From positions 7,250 through 71,249 of the forward strand of contig DAIPJH010000003.1 in NCBI GenBank assembly GCA_036770365.1: 64,000 bases of DNA, given 5' to 3'. The stretch's first letter is position 1. Each line of letters begins with the position of its first letter. The position numbers were made by a program, and so were the translations under genes. This document shows, piece after piece, positions 60,811-64,000 of the stretch. The notes beneath the pieces are model-generated. The model was not told the DNA's origin, did no database searches, and saw only the letters and a program-made list of their open reading frames with translations. The stretch comes from Rickettsiales bacterium (lineage in GTDB: Bacteria > Pseudomonadota > Alphaproteobacteria > Rickettsiales > UBA998).

Positions 60811-62106
60811 ATGGCGCGTCCCTCATTGCTGAAATTATCTACCTTGCAATGGGGGATGGTCGCTGCATTTTTTATGAGCGTCGCGTTCCTTGTCTATGGC
60901 ATACACCCTTTCTTTAGTTCTAAAGAAAGGGCAACTGCCCAAGCCATGAACGAGGGAAGCTACACGCGACTGATTGTGGCGACAGGTGACATTGAGGGCA
61001 AACCAAAACCTCTCACTACGACACCCACAACAAACCCAGCTCCCAAAACAGCAGCCCCTCTACCAATATCTGTCGATGCCAAACCGACGACTGAAACAAC
61101 ACACACACCTGAAACACATTCAACATCTCCTGTTTCCACAACCACCTCGGAACATGCCCCCACGCATACAGAAATTGTACCTCCAGCAGCGACTTCCCAT
61201 CAAGCAACACCTATAGTCACCGCTACCACCGCACAGCCCGCCGCACCTGATGCGACTCCTGTCATGAGCAATGAGAAACCGACAGATGTAAGCCCTGAGT
61301 CAGCACCCCCTGCCGCAGGACAACCGCTTGTTATTAAAACTAACCCAGCAATTCTAGAGGTCTATAAAGACAAAAAAATACCTAGAAAATCAGAAGATGG
61401 TTCAACGCTTCCATGTGAGTATTATGCCCGCCCAGATAAAACACCCCGTGACATGCCTGTCATTGCACTGCTCGTCACAGGGCTTGGCATCAACACCCCT
61501 CTTTCCAACGCGGCAGTCAATACCCTCCCCGCGGAGATAAGCCTCAGTTTCTCACCCTACAGTAATAGCCTACAAGACTGGATTGCCCGCAGTAACCATT
61601 ACGGTCATGAGGCATGGCTGGATGTTCCAATGGAATTTGCGGACTACCCCGCCAGTGATCCAGGTCCTCTTGGACTACTCAAAAAAGCTACTGAAGCAGA
61701 AAATCTTGAGCGGTTAAAAACAACATTTGCCACCGCGACAGGCTATGTCGGATTAGTCGCACCCAAAGATGAGATTTTCACAGGCTATACTATGATGGAA
61801 ATGATGCACCATGAGATCGCAAACCGTGGACTTTTACTCTTACTGCGCTCACGTGCCTACAAAGCACAAGCAGATGCTTCCAGTGTCCTCTATTCCAGCC
61901 GCGCACTCGTACGCGAAAAGTCCAGTGCAGAAGCATTACAATCACTCAAAGATCTAGAAGCGATTGCCAAGGATTATGGCTTTGCCGTAGGTGTTATTGA
62001 TGCATCTCCGAGCAATTTTGATACCGTCAACGCATGGGCAAAAGAACTTGCAGCGCGCCATATGACCCTTGTACCTCTTTCTGCCATTCCAAGCCGCCAC
62101 CACTAA
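60811..62106 (+). CDS. Divergent polysaccharide deacetylase family protein (YibQ-like) with N-terminal TM and a Pro/Thr-rich linker
   Basis: The C-terminal domain has IALLVTGLG, LSFSPY and GHEAWLDVPME blocks resembling PF04748. Conserved position after ctpA. Confidence 0.7.
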   Translation: MARPSLLKLSTLQWGMVAAFFMSVAFLVYGIHPFFSSKERATAQAMNEGSYTRLIVATGDIEGKPKPLTTTPTTNPAPKTAAPLPISVDAKPTTETTHTPETHSTSPVSTTTSEHAPTHTEIVPPAATSHQATPIVTATTAQPAAPDATPVMSNEKPTDVSPESAPPAAGQPLVIKTNPAILEVYKDKKIPRKSEDGSTLPCEYYARPDKTPRDMPVIALLVTGLGINTPLSNAAVNTLPAEISLSFSPYSNSLQDWIARSNHYGHEAWLDVPMEFADYPASDPGPLGLLKKATEAENLERLKTTFATATGYVGLVAPKDEIFTGYTMMEMMHHEIANRGLLLLLRSRAYKAQADASSVLYSSRALVREKSSAEALQSLKDLEAIAKDYGFAVGVIDASPSNFDTVNAWAKELAARHMTLVPLSAIPSRHH

Positions 62107-62121
62107 CCTAAAGATACCCCC

Positions 62122-62595
62122 ATGTACGCTCATCTCCCTTATCGCCCCTGCGTAGGCATCATGCTCTTAAACAACAACAATCTTGTTTTTGTTGCACGCC
62201 GCATTGACATGACTTCCGAAGCATGGCAAATGCCGCAAGGCGGCATCGACGAAGGAGAGGATACCCGCACCACGGCCATGCGCGAACTGATGGAGGAAAT
62301 TGGCACGAATCACGCTAAAATCATCGCAGAATCATCTTCATGGCTACGCTACGATTTACCCGACGAGATCATTCCAAACGTATTGGATGGTCGCTACCGT
62401 GGGCAGGAACAAAAATGGTTTTTAATGAAATTCTTAGGAACAGATACCGATATTAATATCAACACACCTAATCCTGAGTTTGCACAGTGGCGTTGGGCTC
62501 ACCTCCATGAGCTACCAGAACTCATTGTTCCTTTCAAACGTAAACTCTATCAAGATATTCTAGCCGAGTTTCGCCCTCACATAGAAAAACTATAA
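62122..62595 (+). CDS. rppH: RNA pyrophosphohydrolase (NUDIX)
   Basis: YRPCVGIML, WQMPQGGIDEGED and the Nudix box A.REL.EE.G. Confidence 0.9.
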   Translation: MYAHLPYRPCVGIMLLNNNNLVFVARRIDMTSEAWQMPQGGIDEGEDTRTTAMRELMEEIGTNHAKIIAESSSWLRYDLPDEIIPNVLDGRYRGQEQKWFLMKFLGTDTDININTPNPEFAQWRWAHLHELPELIVPFKRKLYQDILAEFRPHIEKL

Positions 62596-62615
62596 CAAAA
62601 GCATAAAATAAAGCA

Positions 62616-62643
62616 TTGACATTGAAAAGCCACGAGTTATATT
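62616..62643 (+). promoter_or_regulatory. Candidate sigma-70 promoter of rplU-rpmA
   Basis: TTGACA (62616-62621), a 16-nt spacer, then TATATT (62638-62643), about 50 nt upstream of rplU. Confidence 0.3.
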
Positions 62644-62692
62644 ACCGCTCCTTTTTCGCGTCAGCTATAAGAAGATAGATAGAGATATAATT

Positions 62693-63196
62693 ATGTACGC
62701 AGTAGTAGAAACAGGTGGCAAGCAATATCGCGTTCAAAGCGGCGATGTCATCAAAGTAGAAAAACTAGCAGGTGTTGCTGGCGACACCATTGCGCTTGGC
62801 AAAGTCCTAGCTGCATCAGATGGCACGACGATTAAAATCGGCGCACCCTTAGTAGATAAAGCTTCTGTAGAAGCTGAGATTCTTGAACAAGGTCGTGGTG
62901 ATAAAGTCATCGTTTTCAAGAAAAAACGTCGCCAAAATTACCGTCGCAAAAATGGTCATCGCCAAGACTTGACTGTGCTTCGCATTGCAAGCATCACCGT
63001 CGATGGCAAAAAGACCGTTGCTGAGAAGAAAGTAAAAGCTGTAGCGTCAGTTGCGGAATCCGCTCCTGCGACAGAAAAAGTGGCTAAAACGGCAAAGGCT
63101 GCAAAAGCTGAAGTAAGCGCAGATGCCACAGCAGAAAAGCCAGCAAAAGCAGCGAAACCAGCCGCAAAGAAAACCGCAGCAAAAAAAGCTGAGTAA
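62693..63196 (+). CDS. rplU: 50S ribosomal protein L21 with an Ala/Lys-rich C-terminal extension
   Basis: [14 protein letters not shown] start. The core of about 100 aa is followed by a tail of about 60 aa rich in [10 protein letters not shown]-type sequence. Confidence 0.93.
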   Translation: MYAVVETGGKQYRVQSGDVIKVEKLAGVAGDTIALGKVLAASDGTTIKIGAPLVDKASVEAEILEQGRGDKVIVFKKKRRQNYRRKNGHRQDLTVLRIASITVDGKKTVAEKKVKAVASVAESAPATEKVAKTAKAAKAEVSADATAEKPAKAAKPAAKKTAAKKAE

Positions 63197-63218
63197 TTAC
63201 GTTTAGAAGGAGGCCGTC

Positions 63219-63476
63219 ATGGCACATAAAAAAGCAGGTGGTAGTTCGCGTAACGGTCGTGATTCAGCGGGTCGTCGTTTAGGCGTGAAAAAATTCGGTG
63301 GCGAAAACGTACTTGCGGGTAACATTTTAGTGCGTCAACGTGGCACGGAATTTTTTCCTGGTGATAACGTAGGCATTGGCAAAGACCACACCTTGTTTGC
63401 ATTGATTGAAGGCAGCGTATCATTCCGCACCAAAGCGGGTGGTCGCCAGTATGTTTCTGTTACTGCCGTTGCGTAA
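63219..63476 (+). CDS. rpmA: 50S ribosomal protein L27
   Basis: [22 protein letters not shown]. Confidence 0.97.
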   Translation: MAHKKAGGSSRNGRDSAGRRLGVKKFGGENVLAGNILVRQRGTEFFPGDNVGIGKDHTLFALIEGSVSFRTKAGGRQYVSVTAVA

Positions 63477-63511
63477 ATCTAAGTATAGACTACTATAGGA
63501 AGGGGTGGCTG

Positions 63512-63539
63512 TATTGCCATCCCTTTTTTGTTATAATAT
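63512..63539 (+). terminator. Rho-independent terminator after rpmA
   Basis: GGGGTGGC TGTATT GCCATCCC followed by TTTTTTG. The 8-bp stem has one G-U pair. Confidence 0.65.
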
Positions 63540-63553
63540 AATTTAGCTTTCAA

Positions 63554-63587
63554 CATTCCCCTTGCTACCAGCCTTCGCTGGAACGAC
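63554..63587 (-). repeat. GTCGTTCC-type hairpin repeat (relative of the 39993-40017 element)
   Basis: The minus strand reads GTCGTTCCAGCGAAGGCTGGTAGCAAGGGGAATG. It contains the CCAGC-GAAG-GCTGG hairpin and translates as [10 protein letters not shown], parallel to VIPAKAGIQ at 40 kb. Confidence 0.5.
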
Positions 63588-63609
63588 ACGCATCAAAGTT
63601 AGACTCAAT

Positions 63610-64000
63610 ATGAAATTTCTCGACGAAGCAAAAATCTTTGTTAAAAGTGGCAATGGCGGCGCAGGCTGCGTGAGTTTTCGTCGTGAAGCCAACATGCCTT
63701 TTGGTGGCCCTGACGGCGGCAATGGCGGACGCGGTGGACATATTATCGTCCGCGTCGAAAGTGGTCTCAATACATTGATTGATTACCGATTCCAACAGCA
63801 TTTCAAGGCCAAAACAGGTACACATGGCATGGGCAGCCAACGCCACGGTGCAAAAGGTGACGATGTCATCATGAAAGTACCTATCGGCACAGAAATTATT
63901 GATGATGAGACAGATGAGGTCATTGCGGATTTAACTGAGGTCGGACAAGAATTTATCCTAGCTCGCGGTGGCGAAGGTGGACTCGGCAATATCCATTTCA
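63610..64000 (+). CDS. obgE: GTPase Obg/CgtA (N-terminal part; truncated by the window end)
   Basis: Hand translation gives [47 protein letters not shown]...[13 protein letters not shown]. The frame is open to the window end. Confidence 0.93.
   Translation, partial: MKFLDEAKIFVKSGNGGAGCVSFRREANMPFGGPDGGNGGRGGHIIVRVESGLNTLIDYRFQQHFKAKTGTHGMGSQRHGAKGDDVIMKVPIGTEIIDDETDEVIADLTEVGQEFILARGGEGGLGNIHF

Noticed and set aside
62990-63196. Ala/Lys-rich 60-aa C-terminal extension of L21
   Set aside because: It is real in the sequence, but as far as I recall histone-H1-like AKP tails on ribosomal proteins are common in alphaproteobacteria. I do not consider it novel.
1-64000. Window-wide search for tRNA/rRNA genes, CRISPR arrays, integrases/transposases, phage genes and multi-gene defence systems
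   Set aside because: By eye I found no T-loop/acceptor-stem-like tRNA structures in spacers longer than 70 nt. I found no regularly spaced direct repeats of 25-40 bp. No ORF had integrase, transposase, restriction-modification, Cas, or known defence-domain motifs. The only mobile-element traces are the small non-autonomous repeats and the TA remnant reported above.

Overview
This 64 kb window is a chromosomal, mostly housekeeping segment of a moderately AT-rich alphaproteobacterium. The lineage call rests on gene content and order: DUF1013, DUF1192, UPF0262, a PAS_5-like protein, and cpoB-pal-tolB-tolA-tolR-tolQ-ybgC-ruvBAC-yebC. A Rhodospirillales- or Holosporales-like organism is only a guess. 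All product calls come from reading motifs in the supplied translations; no database search was possible.

I support about 65 protein genes:
- rplM; pstCAB with a divergent phoR; thiD; rpmE
- an acyltransferase-3, a patatin-like lipase, a quinone oxidoreductase
- hldE, glmM, ftsH, tilS
- the complete Tol-Pal cluster with ruvABC and yebC
- panB; bioB-bioA with a divergent bioF; dcd; murA
- hisG, hisD, infA, maf, putA
- rpmH-rnpA-yidD-yidC-engB; argB; one orphan MCP; rlmH
- zur-znuCB-phoU; gpmI-envC-like-ctpA-yibQ-rppH; rplU-rpmA-obg (obg is cut by the window end)

I saw no tRNA, rRNA, CRISPR array, intact transposase or phage gene.

The non-ordinary content is:
1. A LapG-type periplasmic cysteine peptidase lies divergent from a Cache/PAS membrane receptor. 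The receptor's HD-GYP domain has lost the HD, HHE and GYP signatures. An orphan histidine kinase follows (26.3-31.0 kb). This may be a non-canonical LapD/LapG-like module and is the best candidate for something undescribed.
2. A structured intergenic repeat of about 130 bp occurs in three copies (26.2, 39.4 and 59.2 kb). A possibly related MITE-like inverted-repeat unit abuts the receptor's start codon.
3. A CTAG-rich heptad array is arranged as a long hairpin at 26.1 kb. A stop-free look-alike sits inside bioF.
4. A 680-bp decayed spacer upstream of hisG holds a repeat copy, a degraded Phd/YefM-PIN toxin-antitoxin remnant and GTCATTCC-type hairpins.
5. Smaller items: a good Zur box in front of zur-znuCB; a 13-bp perfect palindrome between tilS and ftsH; an alginate-lyase (PL5)-like gene wedged between dcd and murA; a dispersed Pho regulon.

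No clear multi-gene defence or secretion system is visible.
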